A DNA stretch of 64,000 nt, taken from assembly GCA_029717555.1 (NCBI GenBank), contig JAMDHS010000006.1:1-64000 (forward strand). Direction: 5' to 3'. The DNA comes from Peribolospora baueri. Its lineage: Eukaryota. The translations under genes and the position numbers were made by a program. Positions 1 through 12,533 of the stretch are shown here, in pieces (position 1 is the stretch's first letter; every line of letters begins with the position of its first letter). Below the pieces are notes generated by a model. It worked only from the letters and a program-made list of their open reading frames with translations, searched no databases and was not told the origin of the DNA.

Positions 1-60
<60 letters not shown>
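1..60. repeat. poly(A) homopolymer at window edge
   Basis: 60 consecutive A, truncated by the window start. Confidence 0.95.
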
Positions 61-61
<1 letters not shown>

Positions 62-620
62 ACTCGAAAGGACATGCCGCTCCCTGACGTGACATGACGC
101 GACGTGACGTGGCCGGACGCATATCGGCCTCTTCTTTCCTGCCTGCTCTGCTCTGGTTTGGTTTGGTTTGGTTTGCTGTGCTTTGCTTTGCCCGCCTGGC
201 CCGCGAACGAGGGGTGATGAACCGAACCGAACCGACGTGGGACGCACAAGGAAGCGAGCGGATGTATGTTCTTTCTCTTTCCCGCATCTTCCCCCCAAAT
301 ACGAACGAGCGAACGAAGGAATGTACGATTCTGCAAGCGGGGAGAACTGTCGACGTCGACGACGAAAACGAATAGCCATCCTCGGTCGAAGGCGGAGCGG
401 AAGGGGAAACGGGCGCGGGAGCGGGTAAATAGGTACGTAGGCATATTACGCGACTAAGTAGAGAAAATAAAAAGAAAAGAAAAGGGAAGCAAGACGGAGG
501 GGCGTGGGCGTCGCTCGCTTCCTTCCTTTGCCCCCCGCCGCATCCCTTCCAGCTGGTAGCACGGACGGACGGACGTCGCACCCGTCAGCAGGACCGGACC
601 CATAAACGGAGGCTTGGAGC

Positions 621-1914
621 TTAACCGGTGGCGAACCTCTGGAGCTGCGTCTCGTCGCCGTTGAACTGATCCTGGTCTCCGGGGAAGGTGCCGCTGTCGG
701 CATTCTGCTCGAGGCGAGGAGAGGAGAGGGGAAGAGGAAGAAGGAAGGAGAGGTTGGCGTCGGTGAATGAGCACGACGAGCGGTTATCTCTGAAGCCCGA
801 GGGACGGGAGGCGAGCTCACCTGCCAAATGGTCTGGAAAATGAGTGGACCGAAAGGGAGGGGGCAGGGGGGGATTCGATCAGCCCTTTCCTTCGAGACTT
901 GATACGCCGTCCCACGGGCTCTAACTTGACTCACCTGGTACGGCCATCCGCCGGGGATGGTGCCGGGGCTAGAGGCGTAGCGGGCGAGGTTGAGGGGGTT
1001 GGTCGTGGAGAAAGCGTTCGAGTTGCCCGTGCATGTGGTCCACCAATCGTTGGTGGTGTAAATGATGGGGTAACTGAGGGAACGACCGCCCAGTCCCCGG
1101 ACATGTCGTGCGCGCGGCGTCAGAACTACTGCTTTCGCTTCCTCGTCATCCTTTTTTCTCCCCTTTTCTTGCCTCTCTCGCGGGGCCCCGGCTCGACGAC
1201 TCACCGCCCGGTGGAGGCATGATAGGTGTTGCTAAAGTCCTTGATCCAAGAGACCATGGACGAGGCGGAGAGGCCATAGCACTCGGCGCCGTTGGGGTTG
1301 TATTCGATGTCGAGCATGCCGGGGAGGGTGATACCGTCGCCTTAAGGGTGAAAAGGGAGCGAGCCGAGCGTGTGAGCGACGAGACGGCCTGGTTGAGCCG
1401 GGCCTACGTCATCCGGCCCCCCTCCGCCTCGCCGACCGCTCCGGCACGTTTGTGAACCTACCCGACCATCCTCCGCCGTGCTTGAGGAAGAATTGCGCCT
1501 GCGTCGCCCCGCTCGACGCGTCCGGGTGGGCAAAGTGATACGCGCCGCGGATAAGACCGGCGTTCGTGGCGCCGGTGTACTGACTGGAGAAGGCGGGCGA
1601 GGTGTACGAGGTGCCTTCGGTCGCCTTGATGATGACAAACTTTGCGCCGTTGGCCTTTCGAATGGAGAGGGAGGAGGTGGGCGATGACGGCGGTGACGAT
1701 GGGTGAGCGACCTATGTCTATCCGACGTTGGGGACCTGGGGGACCATGATAAGTCCAGATCAAGGTCACTTACTTTGGCGGTGTTCCAATTGACGGTGGG
1801 CTGATAGTCAGAGATGTCAAATCCTGGCGTGCTGGCGGCGGACACGAGGGAGGGTGCGCCGGCGGCGAGCGCGACGGCGAGAAGAACAGAAGCCTTGGCG
1901 GTCGTGGCCTTCAT
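621..1914 (-). CDS. Secreted GH25 (Chalaropsis-type) lysozyme / N,O-diacetylmuramidase, multi-exon
   Basis: Signal peptide [20 protein letters not shown], then [48 protein letters not shown] (catalytic Asp and DxE), [23 protein letters not shown] introns join the ORF fragments. Confidence 0.93.
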
Positions 1915-2015
1915 TATGACTTTGATGCGCGGAGGGGGGGAGAATAGAGAGTGCGATGGAAAGAAGAGATGAGGAGAACGGTGAGTGCGGGAACGACGAA
2001 CCTGGAGGGGGTCTC

Positions 2016-2021
2016 TTTATA
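2016..2021 (-). promoter_or_regulatory. TATA box of GH25 gene
   Basis: TATAAA on the minus strand about 100 bp upstream of the ATG, followed by a pyrimidine-rich leader. Confidence 0.55.
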
Positions 2022-3572
2022 CTTCGGGAGGTCAGCGTCAGGAGCGCGCATGGGCCATGGAAGCCAAGACTAGGAGACGGAAGACGGGACGAGCCTAACG
2101 CGGGTTCGGTCACGAAGCGACATGGTCTGGGTCCGGCCATGAACGGCGCCGTCCTGCAAAAAGGTATGCTGGATACCTCTGGACGGCTTTGGGCCGTGCT
2201 AAAAGGGCGACGGCGGTGTGATCCACGTTGGTCGTGTCGTGCGGAGAGAGTGGACGCGAAGAAGAGAAGAGGCGAGAGGCGATCGCAAGCACATACACGA
2301 GTGTCGAGCGCGTGCAGTATGGCAACTGACAAGGCCGTCGGAGGCCGGAGGTCGGAGGTCGGACGTTCAGACCGCCTACTTGAAGTTAACGAAGGGAAGA
2401 AAGCAGGGAGTACAGTGGTTGCTCGATTGTATATGGGCGAACCTGCTTGCGCAAGAGCGTGATATGGCCGCCGTACGCATCGCGCCGCGCCCCCGAGGCC
2501 CGACGTGCAGCGCTGCAACCTACGAGGGCATTGCAGTGGACTCTGGTCTCTTCCTCGACGCCCGGCGGGGACGATGGGCGCGTGGGGGGAGGGGGTCGAA
2601 CGTGGCTACCCCACTTACCGACAAGAGGAGCGAGGGAGGTACGAAACTCGACGCCGAGGAGGCCACACGGACGACGGCACGAGGATGAAGTGGAGCGGGC
2701 GACAGAGCGCGATGAGGGCACGGAAGGAGGACAGCGCGCGGACAGGCAGAAGCAGGAGACACCGAACTTTCAGGACGGTGTCTAGATGCAACACAAGAGT
2801 GAGCTGAGGAGGCGGTCGCCTTCCAGGCGAGCCGCCCTTGGTGAGGCCACGGGGACGGAGGCGGAGTAGGCAGGCTGATAGCGACGGATGTCGCTCCGTG
2901 GAGCTGCGGCAGGGCGAGCTAGAGCATCGGCGGGCGTCGATCATGCGGCGCAGGCTAAGTTAATTTCGATCATCACTTGCGCTCGTCCTCCTCTCTTGCG
3001 GACCCGTCTGCACGTCTTCCCGCCGTTGCACATGGCTTGACTTCCCGTCTTAGCGACGAGTCCACCGAAATACGACATGATGTAGGAGTGCGATTAGCGA
3101 CCCCCGCGCAATTCCGCGTATCCTTGTACATTCCGGATGTCGTAATCTCTTCGTTCAATGTGTCCCAATATACTATTGTTACATTCCTTACACTAATTGC
3201 TATTGTCCAACGTGATCGGCAACGCGATCGGATCACACGGCGCGGGTCGTTCCAAGTGCGCTCCTTTGTTCACTCGCAACAACGCACACGTCTGGGACGT
3301 AACACGTGAGTTAGAGAATATAGACACTTGAGTGGACCGCCGGAGGAGAGATTTCATGTGCTCTGTCACGTGAGGAATTTTTTTGTAACTAGACCAACAC
3401 GAGGTTCACTAGTTCCCGAGTAGTGAAAAACCACGAAGAAGCATACGTCTTTCTCACACCGTCTAACTGATTAAGAGTCTGAAGCCTACACCTGGGCTAA
3501 GACGACGACAACAACAACCATCCACCTCGAGCTGGACTACCGCCAAGAAACCACCACATCAACCTTACCAGC

Positions 3573-4200
3573 ATGAGCAACAATGAGCAACAAAACAAAC
3601 CAAGGCGGTGATTCCGCAACCGAAGTCATCACCAAGACGTTCGAACACATCAAGGAGCTGGAGAAGGAACTAGCAACTCAGAAGAAGGAACTGGCTACTC
3701 TGAAGGGCTCACAAGGGACCAACAGCATAAAGGAGGAACCCAACAACGGCAAGGACACCGGCAACACTACAAGACGTACTCGACCACATTCCGCACGCAT
3801 TCGACATCCTCACTGCCTCCTCCCCTGACTTCATCCCCGGAGGCAAACACTACGACCACAACCTAGATACATTCCTTGGCACTGTCGTGCGTTTTACGTG
3901 CGACGACTCCAGGGGCAAAGGGAATTGTGGCCAATCTAATTTACAAACGCCCCAAGCGGACCAGGGATGTAGGGAGCAAACTCTACAAGGACTTCAGGAC
4001 GGCCCTCACCATCGGTGATGCAGCCAGGGGCTGGCAGGTCAAATCCGATGTCCTCGGTCTCACCCTTGACGAATCGGTAGAGGAACTTGGGGATAGGATT
4101 GCTGAACTGGTGGAGATGGGAGCTAGGGCCGGAGTCACAGAGAGAGCAACGGGACGCCCTCTTTAAGACCGTGGCATGTAATTGTATACATGTACACTGG
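3573..4200 (+). pseudogene. Frameshifted coding relic, possibly a retrotransposon gag-like fragment
   Basis: Coiled-coil ORF (EHIKELEKELATQKKELATL) appears to continue through two frame changes to ...LTLDESVEELGDRIAELVE, reminiscent of the gag ESVxEyxxRlxxL motif; lower GC and no flanking microsatellites. Confidence 0.4.
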
Positions 4201-4341
4201 AGACTAAATACTAAAGTAAAATGTTTATGACTGAAATTACATCCAGTGTACACGTATACAATTACATGCCACGGTCTTAAAGAGGGCGTCCCGTTGCTCT
4301 CTCTGTGACTCCGGCCCTAGCTCCCATCTCCACCAGTTCAG
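4102..4341. repeat. Long inverted repeat: 100-bp arms (4102-4201 / 4242-4341), 1 mismatch, 40-bp AT-rich spacer
   Basis: Arms compared base by base; the only mismatch is 4190 A vs 4253 C. Confidence 0.97.
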
Positions 4342-5076
4342 AGGACTTGCGACGTCTTGACCCAATCGAGTCCTTGGAGGTGAGGTAGAATGGCCCCGTA
4401 GTATGAGTCGTAGGCCGGGTTGCCATTTGTCTCCATCGCGGTGACCTCTCTCCTGTCCGTATCGGCACCATGTTTGGACGACAGGTAGACGACAGTTTCT
4501 CAACTCCGCTTCTCCCTTCCTTGGTTAGAACACAGCGACCAGAGCACGACATCTGCAGTCGTCCTCCCTGCCCTGGCCCACTCGATGGCCCCTGACAGAA
4601 CAAATCCGTCAGAGACGGTATAAAATTCGCCATCCTTTTCCTCGCCACATCCTCCCTCGCCCTCCACGTTTGTCCCTCTGTCCGTTCCCAGATCACCAGC
4701 GACCGCCCCGTCTTCCCTTCCCTCCCCACTTGACATAGATCCGCCCTTCGTCTCTCGTAAAAACTTGTCTCCCCGTCGTCTACCCATCAATCATGCATTT
4801 CGGGATGCTATGACTTCTGGATCTTCTCCGGTACCATATGCATTGAGATAGGCTCTCTATGCCCCCCCCTTCGCTGTAACATTTTAAAAGAGAATTAGCA
4901 TATGCGTCCGGATCGGCGAGCGAGATCTTCTCGACCGCGCCTTCATTGAGAGATGATGCACGTGACTTACCAAAAACTGCGGCAACCAGCCCTCCCACCC
5001 AGCGATCATCGCAACGATCTCTTCGAGCTCGCTTCGACTCTTTCCTCGGGAGACAGCTTGAGCTGATCAAATCAGG

Positions 5077-8000
5077 ATGCAGCACGACAACGACGTTACG
5101 ACTCGGTTGATGTGAGTTTACTCGAAGCGCAACCTTGCTTTTGCCATCCAATCCTTTCCTGGCCATTCATCTCTTTGCCGAATTCATTTTTTCTCCCCCT
5201 AATCGTCCACATGATCGGCCCCTTCGTCAGAACCCTCGTCAACGTCTCGGCCACGAAACCCAACAAGCGAAAGCGGATCTCTAAGCCCGAGGACGTGGTT
5301 AAAGAGAAGAAGGCCAAGTCGGTACGTTGGGGGGGAAGGAAGGGGCCGTCAGGGCGGACGCAGGCGAATGGAGTGGATGCGGCGGTGAAGGGGGCAAAGT
5401 CCGAGTCTCCGACGACGGCCACCGACGTGAGCGCAAACGGTACGAAGAATGGGTTTGCCGAAGGGGATGAAGTGGAACAGGAAGACGTCGTGGCTGTGGA
5501 GGAGCAGAAGGACGAAGAGGACGATGGTGAGTTCTCCTGCCCGCCTGCGGTCGTCGTTCGTCGCAGGAGCTCATCTCACTCTTGCTGCCTTTACCTTGTC
5601 ATTTCCTGTCTTTTCATTGAACTGCTCAGCTCCGAATGGCAAGACTGACGACGACGCGTTCGAGACCCATTTCGGCGCAGAGCCAGTCGACCTCTCCCCA
5701 GCCGCGCTGGGTGCCGTGGGAGACAAAAAATGGCAGCGCATGTCGAGGAAGGAAACTTCCCTTGGCCGCTTTGCCGTATTCTTACCAGAGGCTGAGGGTC
5801 TTCAGGAGGGCGAAGGGAAAAAGGAAAAGGGGAAAGCCAAGGTAGGTTCCTCCTTGAAAGCGGACGTGACCGCAGAACCCGATATATCTGACCCGCTTGC
5901 TAAATCCCATTCGTTTGCCTTTCGCAGGTGAACGAAAAGGTGATGAGGTCTCTGGAGGAATACGCAAGTTCTATCAAGCCCTCAGGTGAACCCAAAGTCT
6001 CTGATGCGACGTGCTCCGCTCCCCCTGTCCTTTGGCCTCACGTTCGTGTTTCCTCATGCGCTTCTACCAGGCTTGCCTAACCTTCAGCGCACACTCATCA
6101 ACGAAGCGGGCACGTATCAAGATCTCCTTCTAAGCCGATGCCAGATTGGCCAGCAAGAGGAGATACGTTCTGCTTTGGCTGCACATGCGATGAATCACGT
6201 CATCAAGTGAGTCGGATCCGCGTCTCTGGACAGAGCTAAACCGTCCTCCGACACTCATCTGTGCCACACTCACTCCATCATGCAGGACCCGCCGACGAGT
6301 CCTAAAAAACAACGAGCGTTTAGCCCGTCTCTCTGACCCCATCTCCTCCGAGCTCGAAACGCGCGATCAAGGCTTCACCCGCCCGAAAGTGTTGGTGCTG
6401 CTACCCTTCCGCAACAGCGCCATCGCGTGGGTGAACCTCCTCACTCGCTTCTCCCTCTGCGAGACGACGGAGAACCGGCGGCGTTTCGAACGAGAATACT
6501 CCCTCCCAGAAGGTGCCGTCGACAAGCTTGTGGTGAATAAGGATCGCTTTCCGACCGACCATGTCAATACGTTCGCCGGGAATATCGACGACAACTTCCG
6601 TATCGGGGTAAAGGTCACTCGGCAGACGGTCAAGCTTTATGCGCCGTTTTATCAGGCGGATGTGATCGTGGCTAGTCCTTTGGGTCTGAGGATGGTTATT
6701 GAGAAGGAAGAGTGAGTTTTCTTTCTTGCCGTTCCAGCTGAGGTGCCAGTACCGGACATGTGAACTCATATCCCACCCCGTCGGCGTCGTTCAGAAATGC
6801 CGACTTCCTGTCGTCCATCGAAGTCCTTATTGTGGACCAGCTCAACGTGATGCTCATGCAAAACTGGGACCACGTGGAAGTGGGTACCGCCCGCCTGCCA
6901 GTAGGCGCTGGCCGTGTCTTTTCGACACGTCATTTTATATTCATCAGCGGCTGAGCGTATTGATTTTTCTCGCCTCGCGGAATTTTATCCTCAGTTCGTA
7001 TTCAAACATCTCAATCAGATCCCCAAAGAGGCGCACGACTGCGACTTTTCTAGGGTCAAGCAATGGTATCTGGATGGAAAGTGAGTCGTCCCTTTCACTG
7101 TGCTCCCTTTTATCCGATGCCGATCTGTCCGCAGATTGACCAATTTTTTACGCCCTGTCGCTTCCTCGTAGGGCCGCCAACATGCGCCAAACCATCCTTC
7201 TCTCACCCCTTGAGACGCCCGAGGTCCGTCGGCTCTTCAACGCCACCCTCGTCAACGTGGCGGGCAAGCGCAGGCAGGAAGCCGCGTGGGAAGGAGTGCT
7301 GGGAGACGTGCGCAAAGGCATTCGACAGACGTTCGTCCGGTTCGACGTCAAGGACCCTAGCGCTGAAGCGGATGTGCGGTTCCAGCATTTCATGAACAAG
7401 GTGATGGTCGTGTCCATTCGTCCTTGTCACGTCGTCGGCAGGTCGGAATAGTCATCGCTGATCATGATACGACACATCTGTTCCGATTCAATTCTCTTCC
7501 TCATTCTCCTCTGTCCGTCCTGCAGACCTTGCCGGGCCTCCTCAAGTCGGCCGTCAGCTGTACAAACACCGCCATCGTCATCCCGTCCTACTTCGACTTT
7601 GTGCGCGTACAGAACTATCTGCGCAAGATGGAACATGTCAAGTTTGCCGCCATCTCGGAGTGAGTGCGGCGAAGGAGCGACTGGCCGCTTCTACGTACGC
7701 TGATTTGACGCTGACCTTTTTGTCCATCGATCCGTCGCAGATATTCCTCCAACCAGGACATTTCGCGCGCGCGAACGGCTTTCTTCAATGGCGAGAAGAG
7801 CTTCTTACTCATCACCGAGCGTTTCCATTTCTATCGAAGGTGAGCGCATATGAGAAACAGCAGACCCGTCTGTGGTATCGCTACCGTTGCTAGCGCCCGG
7901 TTCATCGTGAGAAGAGGCGGCGTGCTGTAATCGTCGATTGACCGCTGACGGCCACGTGGATCTCTGTGCCCCCTCCTGCGGACTATGAAGATATCGTCTG

Positions 8001-8249
8001 CGAGGCATCAAAACCCTTGTCTTCTACTCTCCACCCGACCATGCCCACTTCTACTCCGAGTTCGCCTCTATGCCTTTTGATCGACGACAAAATGACCCCG
8101 CGGACGACGAGGGACCGGTGGACGAGAGCGACGTCAGCGTGCAGACGGTCTTTTCGCGCTTTGACCTGATGCGATTGGAGAGGATCGTCGGGAGCGGGGA
8201 CGCCAAGAGAATGGTGGGAGAGGAGAGGACCAAATGGACGTTTGTGTAG
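5077..8249 (+). CDS. UTP25: U3 snoRNA-associated protein 25 (Utp25/DEF), multi-exon
   Basis: [80 protein letters not shown]; start [11 protein letters not shown] inferred from a short first exon. Confidence 0.93.
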
Positions 8250-8547
8250 ATCGCTTCTGATGATGCCGTCAGGGAACGTCGCGTGTGGTGGGGACGTTCG
8301 CCACTTTGACTTTGACGCACACGCGCGCCGAATGGATTGCAGTCGTAACCGAGCGTCGATAGTCTTTGCCTCCTCCATATCTCTAGGAGTCGCGCAGAAG
8401 GCGCAAGCGAAACCGACAAATGTGAGAGAGAGAGGATATCGCGTCGGAGCCATCACAAAACTCGACGGTGGGTGGTTTTCGTCGCAACAGGAAGAACGAA
8501 TCGAAGCCCGGACGGAACCGGACCGGTGTTTTCATACGGTCCGCCAA

Positions 8548-11500
8548 CTACGCCCCAACCGCTTTCTCCCCGTCCTCCTTTCCCCCTTCCAAGCCTTCGT
8601 CAGCAGGGACCGGCTCGACGGCGACGTCGGCCGCGCCGTCGCTGCTTCCACCGTGGAAGAGACGCAGCTCGCGCTCTTCGGAGGCGAGAAAATCGGCGCA
8701 CTCCTTCTTGCTCTGCTTCTCATCGATGAAGAAGAGCAGGGTGGAGGAAACGCATCCGAGGGCGAGGAGGAAGGCGAACGGCATGTTGTCGTTGCCTGCG
8801 TCGCGGACGTGACGTGCGACGGCGAAGAGAGGGGAAAAGAGAAGCGCGGAGAGATCGAGTGAGCTAGGGCGTCCAAGGAACAGGCCTCGGCGAGAGATTC
8901 GACGGTCCCCCCCTCCCCCAAAAAGGAACCCACCGGAGTCGTCGGTGATGGCTGAGCTGACAAAGGGACCTATGAACGATGAAGTGCGGCCGATGACCGA
9001 GAACACGGAGACTGTCGTCGTCGTTTTGAATGTCAAAAAGATGTCGAAAGGGCCGCCGTCAGAAGGAGAACGCGTGACGGGAAACGCTAACTGCGATGAT
9101 TCTGCTAGGAGTGAGACGCACAAAAGAGGAACTCCTTGCCCCGCGGGGCCACGGAGCTGATCATCGTTTGGGAATAGGCATACCTGGATGGGATGGGGAA
9201 TCAAGTGAGCGGGCCAAGGCGCGCGCCTGGCTGGGCGAACGGGATCGAGTGACTTTGCAGAACGCACCAGGGACAGACGAAAAGGCCGTAGTACGCTTGG
9301 TAGGCCCAGACTGGCGTGAGGACGGGGGAGACGGAGCGAGACAGAGGTGAGTTTTCGACTCCTGATGTCCTGTTCCATCTGTCGCGCCTGCGCTTCACCT
9401 TCCCACTCATTGTGGAACCTGAAAAAGAGAATGCCATGGTAGAGAAAGAGATGAGTAAGTCGGGCCGGACGGGAAAACGGAGAGCGCGGTCTGGACGTGG
9501 CAAGGAGGAAGACGACTCGCCCGAACTTGTCTGTGCCGACACCAATGAGGCCCCACACTTGCAGAAGGAGCGTGAAGAAGACGACGACCTCGAACATCTG
9601 GTCGGCGGCGCGCGCGAGGGGGGGTGAGAGACGGGCAAGGGCGTGCGTCGGTCAGTCGTTCCAACCGCTGGCGCCACCGTAGGCGCGCCGACGAGGGCCA
9701 ACCGAACCTGACCGGCCAGCTGTCCCGGTCCTACGTACCCGTTTCGTCGAAATGGCGAATCTTTTTTGCACCATCCAGAAACCATATATGCCGATCATTT
9801 GGGCGACGATGCCGACGATGAGGAGCTCGTTGAGCTTGAAGGTGGAATAAGACACGATCCTGGGATGCATGAGGGGGGGGTGCTGAAAAGAGACTCAGCA
9901 TGGGGCCCCTTTGGAGCGCGGTCGGGAAGACGGACGGACGGTTGGAAGCGTCGCGTCCAGCCGTACTCTGAAAACGTACGTCCGTCCGTCCGTCTTCCTT
10001 GGGCGGGCCGTCGGTGGATAAGGTCTAGGAGGCAACGATGGACTGACGAGTTCTGGAGAATGCTTATTTGCGTCACCGAAGTGTTTAGGACGTCTCCGAG
10101 GAGGAAGTAAAGGACGCTTCCGGTCGGGTGGGTGAGGACGGCATGCGAGGAGGGGATCCAGCAAGTCACAGCCGTCAGCTTGGCACGCGGTATCCGCAGC
10201 TGCTCGCCGCGGAGCTCACAGATAGATCATAGTCTGTTTGAGTTTGCCGATGACCTTGAAGACTGTCCAGAGCTGCACGATGCCGGCCGTGAGGTAGGTC
10301 GAACCCGGCGGCAGGGGCTGGCCGGGTCGGTGCTTCTCAAGAACGAACCATGGAAGAGCACATACGACTGTTCACGAGAAGGGGATGCGAAGCGTGGAGG
10401 GAAAGGGCAGCGAAATGAAAATGTGGTGAGGACGCGAGTTCCGACGCTCCCCCACACCGATCAGAGAAAAAGGAAGAAGGAAACTTACCCCATACGGCTG
10501 CGGAGTAGGCACACACGATAGAGAGAGCACGGGTATTGTCCTCGACGCTCCTATCGCTGTGAATGGCTGTGAGGATGCCGCAGAGGACGGCGAGAACGAC
10601 GACTTCGCCTGCCCACCGACCGACGCACGCGAGAGCGGGCAGCGAGCAGTAGGGACGGAGCGACGATCAGACACCAGAGGGGGTGGTGGACAAAGACAAG
10701 AAAGACGGGAGGGCAAAACCACATCGCATACGGGCGAGCCATAGGGTAGGGCACCTCACCTGCTGAACAGATTGTGAAAGAGATGTTGGAGATGCGATTG
10801 CGAGAGAGCATATCAAGTCGGGCATGCTCGTCGTGACTGTCGACCAGAAGCACCCCGGGGGGGGGGGGGGGGGGGGATGGGATGGGATGGCTTCAGCTCC
10901 AATCGAATCGAATCGGCGCGGCGGTCGGCCGGACAGAGAAGCGGACCGAGCGAAGATTTGTCCACGATCGCCAAGTTGGCCCATCTGCCCAACCGAATCG
11001 AGCCGAATCGAACGGAAACCACCTACGTCGTCTCGCCCTTGACCAGCATTCTCGCCGACTCTCGCACCTCCGGAAGGTCTTCGGCGAGTCTAGGGAACGC
11101 GGCCGTCCAATACGACTTGGAGCGTATTCCCGCGACGAAGTCAGCCGGCCGTTACCCACACCCCGCCTCCTACCGGGAACTTCAGAAGAAAGACGACCGC
11201 CAAGATCGGGGCCGTCGAAACGCACCAAAGCGCCCTGATAGGAGACCAAGCCGACGATGTAGAGACCCACGGCGGTCTTCCATTGGCCCGGGTCCTCGAC
11301 ACCGAGCCAGGCGAAGGAGACGCCGACGGCGAGGGCGGTGAAGGCGATCAAGACGAAGGGCCTCCATCGCCCGTAATCAGCGTAGGAGCCGATGATGCTG
11401 GAGATGGGCGCGGGAATAGAAGAATCATCCATCCTCAACTCAGCGTCTGTATGGCGGGGGTGTTGAGAAGCTGACCCCCGGCGTGCGCTCACAGAAACAA

Positions 11501-12443
11501 GACGGCTTGGATGGCGAAGGAGATGCCGTTGCAGACGAGAACGATGGAGCTGACTGAGAGGGGGGGGAGGGCGACGCGACGCGACGCGACCCATGGCGTC
11601 AAAATTACAGACCGGATCGTCCATTTCGCTGCGACGTATCGTGTCGGTAGCCGAGCCACCTACGCACCGTCTCTCCTCCTCCCTGCAAAGTCGAGACGAC
11701 ACGTGCCGTCGGGGTCGTCGGTGCACGCGAGGGCTAGCAGGTTCTGGAACTGTGAAGGGCCAAAGTTGAACGGGCTACCGGAAAAGGGAAACAGGGCGCG
11801 TCAAAGCATGAGCGGGGAGGTCAGCTCGGCAGCGAAGATGGAGTGCGAGAAAGCAAGAGGCAGGCAGCGTACCCGAGGCCTGCGAGATGGGAAGAGGCCG
11901 GTGGAGAAGACGGTTAGCACGAGGGGGGTAACGTAGAAGCGAGCGGTGTCCCTACGTCCCAGAGCAGCCTACGTAGTACGTGTAGAAGGCCTGATTGTGA
12001 GCATTGAAAGGAAAGAAGCGGGGGCGAGCAGAAGGAGAAGCGGCAGCAGAGCAGGAGGAAAAGGAAGCAGGGGCCCATAGTCGTGTCGTCCATCATCAGT
12101 TCGCGCTCCTTCTCCACTCTGCAGCGTCGGCGTCCGACCCGACTCGATGCACCGGGTCTTGTCGCCCTCTCCTCGCCAAGCAAGCGTGTGCACGCACCCA
12201 CAGCTCGGGCCGACTGGTGGTCCACCTGCGGTCCTGAGCCTCCTCGGCGGCGCTCGTCCTGAGCAGGTCGGCGTGGGGGCCGCCGTCGTGAGGGATGGGC
12301 GCAAGGAGAACGTCGACGTCGACGTCGACGGTGCCGGCTTGGCCCTTCTCGGCCTTATTTTCGTCACAGCGGAGGTGGGCGCGATCTGGGCGGCCCTGCG
12401 TTCGTCGTCCATCGGCAGCGACGGGCGGACTTGGTTCGGACAT
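8548..12443 (-). CDS. ATG22: Atg22-family MFS vacuolar amino-acid effluxer, multi-exon
   Basis: IGSYADYGRWRPFVL, YFLLGDVLNTS, YGLFVCPW, GRTSSFIGPFVSSAI, NMPFAFL; many predicted TM segments. Confidence 0.85.
10857..10876. repeat. G20 homopolymer (C20 near the 3' end of an ATG22 intron)
   Basis: Read directly. Confidence 0.9.
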
Positions 12444-12480
12444 GGTGGACGTCCGAGGTGGTGGCTAAGAAGCAGGCTCA

Positions 12481-12482
12481 TT

Positions 12483-12531
<49 letters not shown>
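12481..12531. repeat. (TTTC)n microsatellite upstream of the ATG22 start
   Basis: Read directly. Confidence 0.95.

Positions 12532-12533
<2 letters not shown>

Noticed and set aside
3177..4882. TGTTACA...TGTAACA as terminal inverted repeats of one element
   Set aside because: Only 7 bp with no target-site duplication; compatible with chance
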